Part shown: piece after piece, positions 1 to 10,528 of the stretch
Layout of the letters: each line of letters starts with the position of its first letter
Numbering within the stretch: the first letter of the stretch is position 1
Position numbers and translations under genes: made by a program
Notes under the pieces: model-generated
What the model was told of the DNA's origin: nothing
Seen by the model: only the letters and a program-made list of their open reading frames with translations
The model's database searches: none
Assembly (NCBI GenBank): GCA_039024555.1
Contig: JBCCQQ010000019.1
Location: 33,967 to 97,966 of the forward strand
From: Cyanobacteria bacterium P01_D01_bin.156
GTDB lineage: Bacteria > Cyanobacteriota > Cyanobacteriia > Phormidesmidales > Phormidesmidaceae
Direction: 5' to 3'
DNA length: 64,000 nt

Positions 1-1387
1 CTAAGCGGCGACGACGGCGAGGAGAGCGGCGGTTACGCTGATGACGGCGGGGTTCTTCCTCAGCCATATATTGTTCCTTATCACTCCGCATCCAGGTAGG
101 TCGAGTTTGATCATAGGCCATCTGTAGAGCAGCAGCAGCAACAGTGTGAGGATCGTAGGTCTCAGTGAGTTGAGAAACAATCGGCAAAAAGGATGCTAAG
201 CGCTCACTAGTCACAGCTTCCTTCATTTGGGTTTGCAGTTTCTCAAGGGAGCGAGCTGCAATCTCTGCTCGCGTCGGCACCTTACAGAAGGTCAACTCTT
301 GCTTGAGGTGACGCTCAATTTGACGCACCTGGTACTTTTCAAGCGGATGAACAATAGATACAGCTCTCCCTTCTTGGCCAGCACGCCCTGTGCGCCCAAT
401 ACGGTGCACATAGCTATCAAGATTGTCAGGGAGTTCGTAGTTAATTACATGGGTGAGATTGTCAACGTGGATACCACGAGCAGCAATATCTGTAGCCACA
501 ACCCACTTGACCTGTCCTTGCTTAAAACGTAGCAACAATCGTTCTCGTTGTGCCTGGTTTAAATCACCGTGATATTCATCCACACTATGCCCAGCAAACT
601 GCAGCTGGCGCGTTAGCTCAGCAGCCGTACGACGGGTTCTTACAAAAATAATGGCTGATTCTGGATCTTCCATCTCCAGAATTGGCATCAATGCGCGGGG
701 CTTACTCCAGCCCGGCGGAACCACATAAGCCAGCTGTGCAATTCTCTTGGGTGCTGTATTTTGAGTTTTAACTTTAACAGTGACTGGAGACTTCAGAAAC
801 TTGGCAGCCAGTTCACGCACCGTAGGTTCCATGGTGGCCGAGAAAAAGGCTGTCTGCCGTTCTGCTGGGGCGTGGCTCAAAATGTTTTCCACATCTTGAA
901 TAAACCCCATATTGAGCATCTCATCGGCTTCATCTAACACGAGCCAATTAAGCTGGTCAAACTTTAAACCGCCCCGATTGAGCAAATCTAGAATCCGTCC
1001 TGGGGTACCCACTACCATGTGCACTCCACGCCGCAGCTGACTGAGCTGTCGTTCAATGGACTGACCACCATACACTGGCAAAACATGTAGCTGAGAGCTG
1101 CACCTAAGCCCCTCAACCGCCTGACACACTTGCATTGCCAATTCCCGCGTAGGGGTGAGTACTAGAGCCTGAACAGCACGCTTATTAGCGTTGATCTGCT
1201 CCAAAATAGGCAAAGAAAAAGCCGCTGTCTTACCAGTCCCCGTTTGCGCTAAGCCAACAACATCATGACCAGCCAACATATGGGGAATCGCTTGAGCTTG
1301 GATAGGTGTTGGCTCCTTAAAACCAAGATTCTCAAGATGTTGAGTTTGGGGGTCAGACAACCCAAGGTCAGCAAAAGACAATGTCAT
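1..1387 (-). CDS. crhR: DEAD-box RNA helicase CrhR, 3' end outside the window
   Basis: Not in the ORF track because it has no stop in the window. Hand translation from ATG 1387 gives MTLSFADLGLS...PTPIQAQAIP...AQTGTGKT...PTRELA...VLDEADEML...YVHRIGRTGRAG and an Arg-rich tail (EEEPRRHQRNRRSPRRRRRL) at the edge. GGAG RBS upstream; lies downstream of rimO as in the Synechocystis rimO-crhR operon. Confidence 0.93.
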   Translation of the reverse strand, partial: MTLSFADLGLSDPQTQHLENLGFKEPTPIQAQAIPHMLAGHDVVGLAQTGTGKTAAFSLPILEQINANKRAVQALVLTPTRELAMQVCQAVEGLRCSSQLHVLPVYGGQSIERQLSQLRRGVHMVVGTPGRILDLLNRGGLKFDQLNWLVLDEADEMLNMGFIQDVENILSHAPAERQTAFFSATMEPTVRELAAKFLKSPVTVKVKTQNTAPKRIAQLAYVVPPGWSKPRALMPILEMEDPESAIIFVRTRRTAAELTRQLQFAGHSVDEYHGDLNQAQRERLLLRFKQGQVKWVVATDIAARGIHVDNLTHVINYELPDNLDSYVHRIGRTGRAGQEGRAVSIVHPLEKYQVRQIERHLKQELTFCKVPTRAEIAARSLEKLQTQMKEAVTSERLASFLPIVSQLTETYDPHTVAAAALQMAYDQTRPTWMRSDKEQYMAEEEPRRHQRNRRSPRRRRRL

Positions 1388-1438
1388 TCAGACTCCTTTG
1401 AGATCACGTTTAGCAAACAGGTGGGCAATACGAGGGGA

Positions 1439-2797
1439 CTATGAAGAGACACTCATCGGCACTGGTGACGCAGAAGATTGCGCGGTAACTAAAGTGCCAA
1501 ATAAGTCATAGGTATCAGCTCCAGTAATTTGAACAGGAACAATTTTGGCTAGGGAAGATAAACCTTTGACATAAACTAACCCGTCCACATCAGGAGCAAA
1601 TCGTTCTGAGCGACCAAGACACTCCCCTTGGTTGAGGTTCTCTTGTTCAATCAGCACATTGACAATCTTGCCGATCTGAGATTGATTGCGCCTAAATGAT
1701 ATCTCTTGCTGGGTAAGCATCAGGTCTTCACGCCGCTGATGCATAACCTCTGCAGCTATCTGATTGGGCAAATTAGCGGCTGGAGTTCCAGCCTCAGCAG
1801 AGAAGGTAAAAACTCCAACGTGGTCAAACTCATGACGCTGAACAAACTGCTTGAGATGTTCAAAATGTTCATCTGTTTCACCAGGAAAACCAACAATAAA
1901 AGTAGTTCGCAAAACAGCGTTGGGAAGTTGCTCCTTCAGGCGTTGAATCACATCATCGTTTACTCGCCCCTGCCATGGCCGATTCATAGCACGTAACACT
2001 TCGGGATGAGAATGCTGCAATGGAAGATCCAAATATGGCAACACATTAGGAGTACTGCGGATGGCTTCCAATACCTCTGGCGTAAGCCCGGTCGGATAGG
2101 CATAATGCATACGTATCCAGGGTACGTCAACTTCTCCTAAAGCACGCAATAACTCGGCTAATCTCGGCTTTCCGTAGATATCAACACCATAATTAGTAGT
2201 AATTTGAGAAATCAATACTAATTCCTGGACACCTTCAGAAGCGAGCTTATGGGCCTCTGCAACGATAGACTCCATGGAGCGAGAGCGCTGATTACCCCTG
2301 AGATGAGGAATGATACAAAAAGCACAGCGGTAGTCGCACCCTTCGGCTACACGGATATATGCCACACCTTCGCTAGTGGTGCGATAGCGGGGCACTGTTT
2401 CATCGGCGATATAGGTAGGCTTGGCAGACACAGCCTTTACTCGCTCACCCGCTTCAGCCCGTTCGATGACGTTAACGATGCGGTGGTAGTCACCAGTACC
2501 CACCAGAGCGACGGCCTCAGGAATCTCATCTAACAGCTCTGACTGAAAATGCTGGGCAAGACAACCCGTAATAACAATCTTTTTCTTTGCCTCAGCTAGC
2601 TCAACTAAGGTACGCACCGACTCTCGGCGAGCATCCTCAATAAAGCTACAGGTGTTAACGATTACGTAATCAGCAAGTTCTTCATTCGCATCGACCTGAT
2701 AACCGGCCTGAACTAACAGACCTAACATATGCTCACTATCAACCCGATTTTTCTCACAACCTAGGTGAGAAATAGCAATAGTCGGCTTATGAACCAT
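1439..2797 (-). CDS. rimO: Ribosomal protein S12 methylthiotransferase RimO
   Basis: [11 protein letters not shown] and NTCSFI (UPF0004 domain), radical SAM CxxxCxxC (GCDYRCAFC), C-terminal TRAM (APDVDG). Confidence 0.96.
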   Translation of the reverse strand: MVHKPTIAISHLGCEKNRVDSEHMLGLLVQAGYQVDANEELADYVIVNTCSFIEDARRESVRTLVELAEAKKKIVITGCLAQHFQSELLDEIPEAVALVGTGDYHRIVNVIERAEAGERVKAVSAKPTYIADETVPRYRTTSEGVAYIRVAEGCDYRCAFCIIPHLRGNQRSRSMESIVAEAHKLASEGVQELVLISQITTNYGVDIYGKPRLAELLRALGEVDVPWIRMHYAYPTGLTPEVLEAIRSTPNVLPYLDLPLQHSHPEVLRAMNRPWQGRVNDDVIQRLKEQLPNAVLRTTFIVGFPGETDEHFEHLKQFVQRHEFDHVGVFTFSAEAGTPAANLPNQIAAEVMHQRREDLMLTQQEISFRRNQSQIGKIVNVLIEQENLNQGECLGRSERFAPDVDGLVYVKGLSSLAKIVPVQITGADTYDLFGTLVTAQSSASPVPMSVSS

Positions 2798-2973
2798 AAA
2801 ACCTTAACGTGTAGGGAAAAGAGAATGCTAGTCTCCAATGCAGGCGTTGCGATCGCGGGGATGACTCGGCACCCTACCCTAACACTCTTGAACAGAAACA
2901 GTGACCTCGAAGGACACCTACAGTTACTGTCAATACACAATCAGGTAGCGACTCTTTTTGCCTGGTTGAGGAA

Positions 2974-2982
2974 ATTATAACA
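2974..2982 (-). promoter_or_regulatory. Candidate extended -10 promoter for rimO-crhR
   Basis: Minus strand reads TGTTATAAT (TGnTATAAT), about 175 nt upstream of the rimO ATG. Confidence 0.55.
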
Positions 2983-3045
2983 TAACTATACAATTCTGTG
3001 GGATTTCCAGTGTCAGGTCTGTCTAACCATCGCTGGACATAACAA

Positions 3046-3882
3046 ATGACCCAAAACTTACACTCTGGAGACCCTGTGGAATTAGAAACCCTTTTTAAGA
3101 CACCCAACCCTGTCCTCGGCGTCGTTCATCTGTTGCCCTTACCTACATCGGCACGCTGGCAAGGCTCTCTGTCAACCGTGGTAGAACGTGCCGTACAGGA
3201 GGCTGTGGCTCTTGCTTCTGGAGGGGCTAACGGCATTATAGTAGAAAATTTTTTCGACGCTCCCTTTACTAAAGGGAATGTGGATCCAGCAGTCGTGAGT
3301 GCTATGACCGTGGTGGTTACCCACTTACGACAGCTGATTACCTTACCCATTGGCCTCAATGTTTTACGCAACGATGCCCGTAGCGGGTTAGCGATTGCTG
3401 CATGTACCGGAGCAGAGTTTATTCGAGTCAACGTATTGAACGGAGTGATGGCCACCGATCAGGGGCTGATTGAGGGAGATGCCCATGGGTTAATGCGCTA
3501 CCGTCGAGAACTGGGGGCAGATGTCAAAGTATTGGCAGATGTATTAGTAAAACATGCAGCTCCAGTGGGAACGTTGACATCCGATACGTCCTTAGCGGAC
3601 GCGGTAGCAGATACCATCCATCGAGGATTAGCAGATGCGGTTATTGTATCGGGGATAGCAACGGGTCAGCCCCCAAGCGTACAAGATTTAGTTCAAGCTA
3701 AGACAATGGCAGGGGCAACCCCCGTTTTTATCGGTAGCGGCGCAACAATCGACAATATTGACAAGCTGATGCAATCGGCAGACGGTGTGATTGTTTCTAG
3801 TTCTTTGAAACGCTGGGGGAAGATTGAACACCCGATTGATCCCAATCGGGTCAGACAGTTTGTTGATGCGATAGCGTCTTAG
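3046..3882 (+). CDS. btpA: Photosystem I biogenesis protein BtpA (BtpA/SgcQ family)
   Basis: GVVHLLPLP, ENFFDAPF, GLNVLRND, FIRVNV, ADVLVKHA and VSSSLKR motifs. Confidence 0.93.
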   Translation: MTQNLHSGDPVELETLFKTPNPVLGVVHLLPLPTSARWQGSLSTVVERAVQEAVALASGGANGIIVENFFDAPFTKGNVDPAVVSAMTVVVTHLRQLITLPIGLNVLRNDARSGLAIAACTGAEFIRVNVLNGVMATDQGLIEGDAHGLMRYRRELGADVKVLADVLVKHAAPVGTLTSDTSLADAVADTIHRGLADAVIVSGIATGQPPSVQDLVQAKTMAGATPVFIGSGATIDNIDKLMQSADGVIVSSSLKRWGKIEHPIDPNRVRQFVDAIAS

Positions 3883-4006
3883 ATAGTAGAGAAGATGTTT
3901 ACTGCCTGTACCGAACCACCCATTTTTTGTCTAAGATGCAGTCGGGACTGTTTTGAACAGACCTTAGATTTTGTAAACATGATGAGCTTAGAGTGACCTA
4001 ATAGCT

Positions 4007-4924
4007 ATGGGACGTCGCCGTAAGGAAAATCGTGGGATTTATCGCTGGTCGCGACCGGCCATTGGTGCGATCGCAACTGTGGGGGCCTTGGGTACAGCCT
4101 ATTTAACCGTAATCAAGCTAATGGGCAACAGTGCCGCTTGCCCAGTTAAGGGGTGTGATCAGGTGCTAACCAGTGAGTATGCCGACGTTTTTGGCATTCC
4201 ACTTACCCTATTTGGTTGTTTGGCTTACCTAGCTATGGTGGTCCTATCGCTAGGTCCCCTGCTTATAAATGCGGAAATCAATAGCAAACAACGTCAGCGG
4301 TTAGAAGATCTCACCTGGCCCCTCCTCTTCATTGGAGCCACTGGCATGATGGTATTCAGTGGCTATCTCATGTATTTGCTGGCTACTGAGCTCAAAGCAG
4401 CCTGTATTTACTGCATCGCATCGGCTAGCTTTACACTACTGATGTTTATCCTCACCCTACTGGGCCATCAGTGGGAAGATCAGGGAGCCTTAGTTTTTCG
4501 TGGCGTGATTATGGGGATGGTGACCCTAGTGGCAACCATTGGCATGTACTCCCTCAGTATCAATGGTCCAGCAGCAACAGCTGCCGGAAATACAGGGCCT
4601 GCTGTTACCAATACCTCTGGCGAAGCAGAGGTCGCTTTAGCTAAACATCTACAAGAAGTAGATGCAAAAATGTATGGCGCTTACTGGTGTCCCCACTGTT
4701 TTGATCAAAAACAGCTGTTTGGTGTAGATGCTAAGAAATACATGCCATATGTCGAGTGTGCTGAGGATGGCGCTGATTCTCAAACAGCATTGTGTCGTTC
4801 AGTACCCGAAATCACAGGGTTTCCTACTTGGGAAGTCAATGGTCAATTTCTGGCAGGCACCCAAACCTTAGAAACTCTGGCTGATGCATCAGGATACGCA
4901 GGTCCCAGAAACTTTAAGAACTAA
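4007..4924 (+). CDS. Vitamin K epoxide reductase (VKOR) fused to a thioredoxin-like domain
   Basis: CPVKGCDQVLTS, active-site CIYC, several TM helices, C-terminal YGAYWCPHC and GFPTW. Confidence 0.92.
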   Translation: MGRRRKENRGIYRWSRPAIGAIATVGALGTAYLTVIKLMGNSAACPVKGCDQVLTSEYADVFGIPLTLFGCLAYLAMVVLSLGPLLINAEINSKQRQRLEDLTWPLLFIGATGMMVFSGYLMYLLATELKAACIYCIASASFTLLMFILTLLGHQWEDQGALVFRGVIMGMVTLVATIGMYSLSINGPAATAAGNTGPAVTNTSGEAEVALAKHLQEVDAKMYGAYWCPHCFDQKQLFGVDAKKYMPYVECAEDGADSQTALCRSVPEITGFPTWEVNGQFLAGTQTLETLADASGYAGPRNFKN

Positions 4925-4994
4925 AGCAGCCTACAGATTGGGGGGTTTAAGGAAAACTTACTCAGAGACCAGAGACTTAAGCCTCCTCTATTTA

Positions 4995-6197
4995 TTAACC
5001 AAAGTTGATTTCTAGTAAGGACAGATCATCACCTACTTCTACACTCGGCATTGTGGCATGGCTAATCAGCTGATCTAGCTCTCCTGGCCGAGGGCATTTG
5101 GCAATATGCTCAATAAAGCTTTCTAAGCCAAAGATCTCCCCCGGTTCTGAGACAGTGGCGTCTTGTACTTCGTACACACCATCGCTAAAAATATAGAGAT
5201 AGCTATTCTCTGGAATGGAACAGCGCTTCCAGGTATATTGCGTACCTGGCATCATGCCAACAGGCATACCGGGTGTTCGCAACTGCATGGTTTCGGCAAC
5301 AACATTGATCCTTTGGCTGCCAAGATGCGCAGGAGTTTCTGAAGCATTGGGCTGGGATAGCAAAATGGCAGGTGGGTGACCAGCACTGGCATACATCAGT
5401 TGACGATTGACCCGATTGTAAACGCCGTACCAAATGGTGAAGTACTTTTCGTTCTGGTCAGTCATCTGAAACATGTTGTTCAGACTTTCAAGAACCTTAT
5501 CGGGACGATAGAAATTAGTCCCTGGTAAAGACTGCGATCTCAAAACATTCAGTACAGATGTAGAGAGCAGCGCCGCCCCCAAACCATGGCCCGATACATC
5601 CAGCAAATACATAACCAGATAGTCAGGATCTAACCAGTAAAAATCGAAACAGTCCCCTCCCAGCTGCTGAGACGGGAGAAAGCGGGTTTGAATTTTGACA
5701 GGGGGTTTATCCGTATCCCTCGGTAGTAGAGACTGCACATAGGATGCGGCCTCTGCCAGTTCATTCTCCAAATACTGCTTCTGTTTTTTAAGGTCGCGGG
5801 TAAGCTGACACAAACGCATACCGGACTTAACCCGAGCCTTGAGCTCAGCCATATCAATAGGCTTCATCAGCAAATCATCGGCTCCTGCCTCTAAAGCCTC
5901 CACACGACTAGCCGTTTCTGCGTGCGCTGTGATCAGTAAAAACGAGCTCATCGATAAATCTGGATTTTCCTTGAGTCGGCGACAGATTTCTAACCCATCG
6001 ACATTTCCAGGCAAACGCCAGTCACACAGAATCACTGGTGGAGTAATCGTCAATGCTTTTTGCAGACCATCGGCAGCAGTTTCTGCAATCGCCACACGAT
6101 AGCCCTGACTTTGCAGCATCCGCTGCAGAATACGTCGAATGATCGGATCATCATCGATCACTAAAATATCTGCTGTGGAATTACTTGCCTTGACCAT
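4995..6197 (-). CDS. Response regulator receiver + PP2C/SpoIIE phosphatase (RsbU/RsbP-like)
   Basis: Receiver (ILVIDDD, CDWRLP, KP) followed by GGDCFD, DVSGHG, AGHPP, SDG and DDLS phosphatase motifs. Confidence 0.92.
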   Translation of the reverse strand: MVKASNSTADILVIDDDPIIRRILQRMLQSQGYRVAIAETAADGLQKALTITPPVILCDWRLPGNVDGLEICRRLKENPDLSMSSFLLITAHAETASRVEALEAGADDLLMKPIDMAELKARVKSGMRLCQLTRDLKKQKQYLENELAEAASYVQSLLPRDTDKPPVKIQTRFLPSQQLGGDCFDFYWLDPDYLVMYLLDVSGHGLGAALLSTSVLNVLRSQSLPGTNFYRPDKVLESLNNMFQMTDQNEKYFTIWYGVYNRVNRQLMYASAGHPPAILLSQPNASETPAHLGSQRINVVAETMQLRTPGMPVGMMPGTQYTWKRCSIPENSYLYIFSDGVYEVQDATVSEPGEIFGLESFIEHIAKCPRPGELDQLISHATMPSVEVGDDLSLLEINFG

Positions 6198-6839
6198 GAC
6201 AACGATGCGATGCAGAGGTTTATGGGATTGTGCTAACGCACTATTGCGATATTTCTAGAACTCGATCAACTATCAGGATTCATGCCCATAGGTGAGACTC
6301 TATCAATATTTTGAGCAAGAAACTGACGAGCACACGATGTTCAAACCCAATCAAACCTCGGAGTAGATAACGATTAACAGTTTTAGCTAGAGTGTACCCT
6401 TCTACCTTGACCATATGCAGACGGCTGCCAAATCCGTACCTCATACAGTTGTCCAAAGAGAAATCCTTAAAAACAGTAATGCAAGTGTAAGGATTTCACG
6501 AGTAATTGGTTAAAGTCTTATTTTATCAGCCTACAGAGAATAGATAGGACAACTAGCCGATTTACCACTGGCCTATAGCTGGATCATGGCACATTCTTCA
6601 GAGGCAACCAAAACGATGCACATGTGCCCGATGTGTCAGTTATCACATTCATAAATGACAAATTATTGCAAGGCAGTTCTAGGCTTCAGGACGATTTCTA
6701 AGCTAAAAAAGTACGCTTACTTGGTAGCTCGTCATGGGGATTACCAAGCGAGTGCAATTGATCAATGAGCTGATTCGCCATGAGAAATCATTCCATGCAT
6801 CGGCAATACCCTATCACTACTGTTGTTTATTAAAAGGTC

Positions 6840-7304
6840 ATGGAAAGCGTTTGCGATCTGCCCACAAGATGCGTTCTACCCGTCCTCAAGTCTCCCTCTG
6901 ACTATCAGGTATTTCGCATTACACCTGACGATAAGAACCGTTTAGCACTTTTGGTAGATCCAACCCAAGACCACGCCACGTTAACCTGCTGTGTAGAAAT
7001 TTTTGATCAGGGTGGCCGGACCCCATCTCACCGGCATCAGGTAGCTGTGGAAATGTTTTATGTCCTACAAGGGGAAGGCCGCGTGGTCTGCGATGGGAAG
7101 GTATCGAAAATTCGTACCGGGGACAGTATCTTAGTCCCATCTCACGGCATCCATTTTGTGGAAAATATTAGTCCACAACGCCTTTACTTACTAAGTATCA
7201 TGGTGCCTAACGAGGATTTTGCAGAATTAATTCGTCAGGGTACGCCTGCAGAACTGGATGAGGAAGATATGGCAGTTTTGGGACGGACTCACTGTGTTTT
7301 ATGA
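6840..7304 (+). CDS. Cupin domain protein
   Basis: Cupin metal motif HRHQVAVEMFYVLQGEG...GDSILVP...H; ATGA overlap with the next gene. Confidence 0.88.
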   Translation: MESVCDLPTRCVLPVLKSPSDYQVFRITPDDKNRLALLVDPTQDHATLTCCVEIFDQGGRTPSHRHQVAVEMFYVLQGEGRVVCDGKVSKIRTGDSILVPSHGIHFVENISPQRLYLLSIMVPNEDFAELIRQGTPAELDEEDMAVLGRTHCVL

Positions 7305-8944
7305 CCGTTGATAGAGTTCCTGTCAAACCCAAACAGTTGCATCGTTTTTGCCTACGAGATGGTGTACGGCTGGATGCAGACGTTTACTATCCGGAAGGGG
7401 ATGGGCCATGGCCAGTACTGCTAATGCGGCAACCCTATGGGAGAGAGATTGCATCTACTGTAGTTTATGCACATCCCACTTGGTATGCCTCCCACGGTTA
7501 CATTGTGGTCATTCAAGATGTGCGTGGTCGCGGCACCTCCGAAGGGGAGTTTAGTCTATTCGCCCATGAAGTAAACGATGGGTATGACACGGTGCAGTGG
7601 GCATCACAATTACCTGATAGTAATGGCCAAGTGGGAATGTATGGGTTTTCTTATCAGGGAATGACCCAGTTGTATGCGGCTCAAGCTAAACCACTAGCCT
7701 TAGAAGCTATCGCCCCAGCCATGGTAGGTTACGACCTGTACCACGACTGGGCCTACGAGAACGGAGCCTTGCGATTACAGGCAGGCTTGGGCTGGGCCAT
7801 ACAGTTAGCAGCAGAAACAGCTCGGCTGAAGCAGGATGCTACTGCATTTAACGAATTACGAGCAGCCTCACGTAACTTGCCTTTGAATGGCCCCATTGCT
7901 GCTTGTCCAGATGTACTGAAGCAGTATGCAACAGATTCGTTTTGGCATGATTGGTTAGCCCATCCCCAGAACGATAACTACTGGCAATCTTTAAAGCCTG
8001 ATTTGACTGATGCAGATCTTCCTATGCTCCATGTAGGTGGATGGTTTGATCCCTATTTAACGGGTGACCTTCGACTGTATAAGGAGATGGCTGGACGCAG
8101 TCAATATCCTCAACATTTTTGGGTAGGCCCCTGGACACATTTACCGTGGAATCGAAAGGTGGGGAACGTGGATTTTGGTCCTGCAGCCATCAACCCCATT
8201 GATGAACTGCAAGTACAGTGGTTTGACTACTTTCTCAAAGGTGAAGGAATCTTACCCAAAACTTCAGTCAACCTATTTGAAATGGGCAGCAATGACTGGC
8301 GTCAGCTGAACGCTTGGCCGTCAGGAGCAAAGGGCCAAAACTATTATCTACAAAGTTCAGGACTGGCAGGCATCCGAGAGGATGATGGACAGCTAGTAAA
8401 GACTGCTGGATCAGTGGCATCGGGGCTTGGGAACGACGTACTCGTACACGATCCTTGGCGACCGGTACCTGCTTTAGGAGGACATGCTAGCTGGCCAGGG
8501 GGAAGTTGCGATCGCACCGCCTTAGATGGTCGTAGCGATGTCCTTACTTACACAACACCACTCCTAGAAAACGATCTTGCAGTAGCAGGAGAGCCTACCG
8601 TTACAGTACAAGTTCAAACAGATGTTGCCAGTTACGATGTTTGTGCTGTGCTGTCAGTAGTACAACCGGATGGTCGGGTGTTTAACTTAACCCAAGGCTA
8701 CAAACGTGTTTTTGAATCAGGAAATGTTCCTGTCACAGTGCCGTTACAGCCCACCTGTTTTCGCCTATGGGCAGGGCAGGCGTTACGGTTAAGCCTGAGT
8801 GCATCCTGTTTTCCTGCTTACACGGTAAACCCTGGCACTGGAGACAAGGCGATGGATATGATGCCGACTATCAAGCATCAAATCATTACGCTAGCAATCC
8901 ATCAGGGCAGAAATACCTTGCTAACGCTACCATTGCTTTCCTAA
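7301..8944 (+). CDS. CocE/NonD family hydrolase (peptidase S15-like)
   Basis: RDGVRLDADVY, QDVRGRGTSEG, nucleophile GFSYQG, GGWFD and GPWTH. Confidence 0.93.
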   Translation: MTVDRVPVKPKQLHRFCLRDGVRLDADVYYPEGDGPWPVLLMRQPYGREIASTVVYAHPTWYASHGYIVVIQDVRGRGTSEGEFSLFAHEVNDGYDTVQWASQLPDSNGQVGMYGFSYQGMTQLYAAQAKPLALEAIAPAMVGYDLYHDWAYENGALRLQAGLGWAIQLAAETARLKQDATAFNELRAASRNLPLNGPIAACPDVLKQYATDSFWHDWLAHPQNDNYWQSLKPDLTDADLPMLHVGGWFDPYLTGDLRLYKEMAGRSQYPQHFWVGPWTHLPWNRKVGNVDFGPAAINPIDELQVQWFDYFLKGEGILPKTSVNLFEMGSNDWRQLNAWPSGAKGQNYYLQSSGLAGIREDDGQLVKTAGSVASGLGNDVLVHDPWRPVPALGGHASWPGGSCDRTALDGRSDVLTYTTPLLENDLAVAGEPTVTVQVQTDVASYDVCAVLSVVQPDGRVFNLTQGYKRVFESGNVPVTVPLQPTCFRLWAGQALRLSLSASCFPAYTVNPGTGDKAMDMMPTIKHQIITLAIHQGRNTLLTLPLLS

Positions 8945-9017
8945 TGCGTAGGGACATTTGCTAAACCAAGACACATTGGTCCGATTCCGTCATGAATCCT
9001 GATGTCCAAATTCATCC

Positions 9018-9713
9018 TTACAAGTCTAATTCGATACCTTGGGCTTTAAGTTTTGCCTTAAGTGCTTTTAGCTCTGCTTCTGCTTGGTCAGCTCGTTGGG
9101 CTTCCCGGTCGGCTCGTTGGGCTTCTTGGTCGGCCCGTTGACGGAGTTCGTCTGGAATTAAGAGCTTCTCTCCAGTGTCCAGTGTATAGAAGTCGATGAT
9201 TGAATCATTAACAGCTAGGCGCAGACCTAGAACACGACTGGTATTGTCTGTAATCGGAATATAGATCTCTTCTCTCGATAGTCGATAACCTCTAAGGCCA
9301 TCCTCAATCCATTCAGCTTTAGGATCAAATTGCCAGTACTCGGTGACACCTAGATTTTCATACAGCTCATATTTGCTATCGTCATCTTTTTCTCGAGTAC
9401 TCGCCGAGGTCATCTCAAAAATAACCGATGGTACAGAGCCCTCTTCCCAGATTTTATAGTTATCTCGCCCCCCCGGCGCCACATCAAAAATCACCATAAC
9501 GTCAGGTGCTACCCGTAATTTGGGTATGTCCTTGGCGTAATACATGAATTGATTACCCAATACTGTGGCCTGTTGACCAGCTAGATACTGCCGTAGGACC
9601 TCCAGGGTGATCAGCAGGGCGTATAGATGATCAAAGGTTTCAGCCACGGGTTTGCCGTCTCCTGTGGGATAAAGGATTTTCTTTTGGGTGGCACTAGAGA
9701 CGGTAGTGGTCAT
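9018..9713 (-). CDS. Uma2/DUF820 family putative endonuclease
   Basis: VAPDVMV, VIFEMTS.ST...D...K, LGVTEYWQFDP and a coiled-coil tail. Confidence 0.9.
   Translation of the reverse strand: MTTTVSSATQKKILYPTGDGKPVAETFDHLYALLITLEVLRQYLAGQQATVLGNQFMYYAKDIPKLRVAPDVMVIFDVAPGGRDNYKIWEEGSVPSVIFEMTSASTREKDDDSKYELYENLGVTEYWQFDPKAEWIEDGLRGYRLSREEIYIPITDNTSRVLGLRLAVNDSIIDFYTLDTGEKLLIPDELRQRADQEAQRADREAQRADQAEAELKALKAKLKAQGIELDL
9084..9140 (-). repeat. About 3 tandem 21-bp coding repeats (QRADQEA/QRADREA) in the Uma2 tail
   Basis: ggtcagctcgttgggcttccc / ggtcggctcgttgggcttctt / ggtcggcccgttg on the + strand. Confidence 0.8.
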
Positions 9714-9781
9714 TGCATTGTCTGTGTCTGAAGCTTAGGTACTTTTGTACTTATTTTACTGATGATTTTGGCAAGCTGTCA

Positions 9782-10396
9782 CTAGACTTGCAATACTCCT
9801 TTAGAACTGGGAATGGCATGGGCTCGGCGGGGATCAATTTCGGTAGCCATGCGCATGGCACGAGCAAAGGCTTTGAAAGTGGCTTCGATAATGTGGTGGG
9901 AATTAATGCCATCCAGCTGTCGAATATGCAGGGTCATCAGACTGTGATGGACAATGGCCATGAAAAATTCGCGCACGAGCTGGGTATCGTAAGTCCCAAC
10001 ACGCTGCGTGGGAATAGTGAGACCGTAGGCCAGGTAGGGGCGACCGGAAAAATCCAGGGAGACTTGGACTAGAGATTCGTCAAGGGGAGCAATAAAGTGA
10101 CCAAATCGAACGATCCCCTTACGATTGCCAAGGGCCTGATGCAGGGCCATACCCAGGGTGATGCCAACATCTTCATTGGTGTGATGATCATCGATTTCGA
10201 GATCGCCCGTAGCTTGGATGTCTACATCAAATAGACCGTGGGAGGCGATTTGATGAAGCATGTGGTCGAGGAAAGGAATACCGGTGTTGGCGTTACACTG
10301 ACCGGTGCCATCGACGTTGAGGGTGACGGTGACGTCAGTTTCTTTGGTGGTGCGAGTGACGGTGGCGGTACGGGTGGGGAATTCGAGATTTTGCAT
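9782..10396 (-). CDS. hisB: Imidazoleglycerol-phosphate dehydratase
   Basis: [33 protein letters not shown] and PSSKG; start moved to ATG 10396. Confidence 0.96.
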   Translation of the reverse strand: MQNLEFPTRTATVTRTTKETDVTVTLNVDGTGQCNANTGIPFLDHMLHQIASHGLFDVDIQATGDLEIDDHHTNEDVGITLGMALHQALGNRKGIVRFGHFIAPLDESLVQVSLDFSGRPYLAYGLTIPTQRVGTYDTQLVREFFMAIVHHSLMTLHIRQLDGINSHHIIEATFKAFARAMRMATEIDPRRAHAIPSSKGVLQV

Positions 10397-10528
10397 GGGG
10401 TTTTGAGTTGAAACTGGCCTAAACAAAATTATGCAGTGTATGGCGCAGCAGGTTGCTTAGAGCTTTACTCCCAATTGTCCACTGCCCATATCGGGCAGTG
10501 GCTGCAATGCCCCTACTGCCCGACTCGT

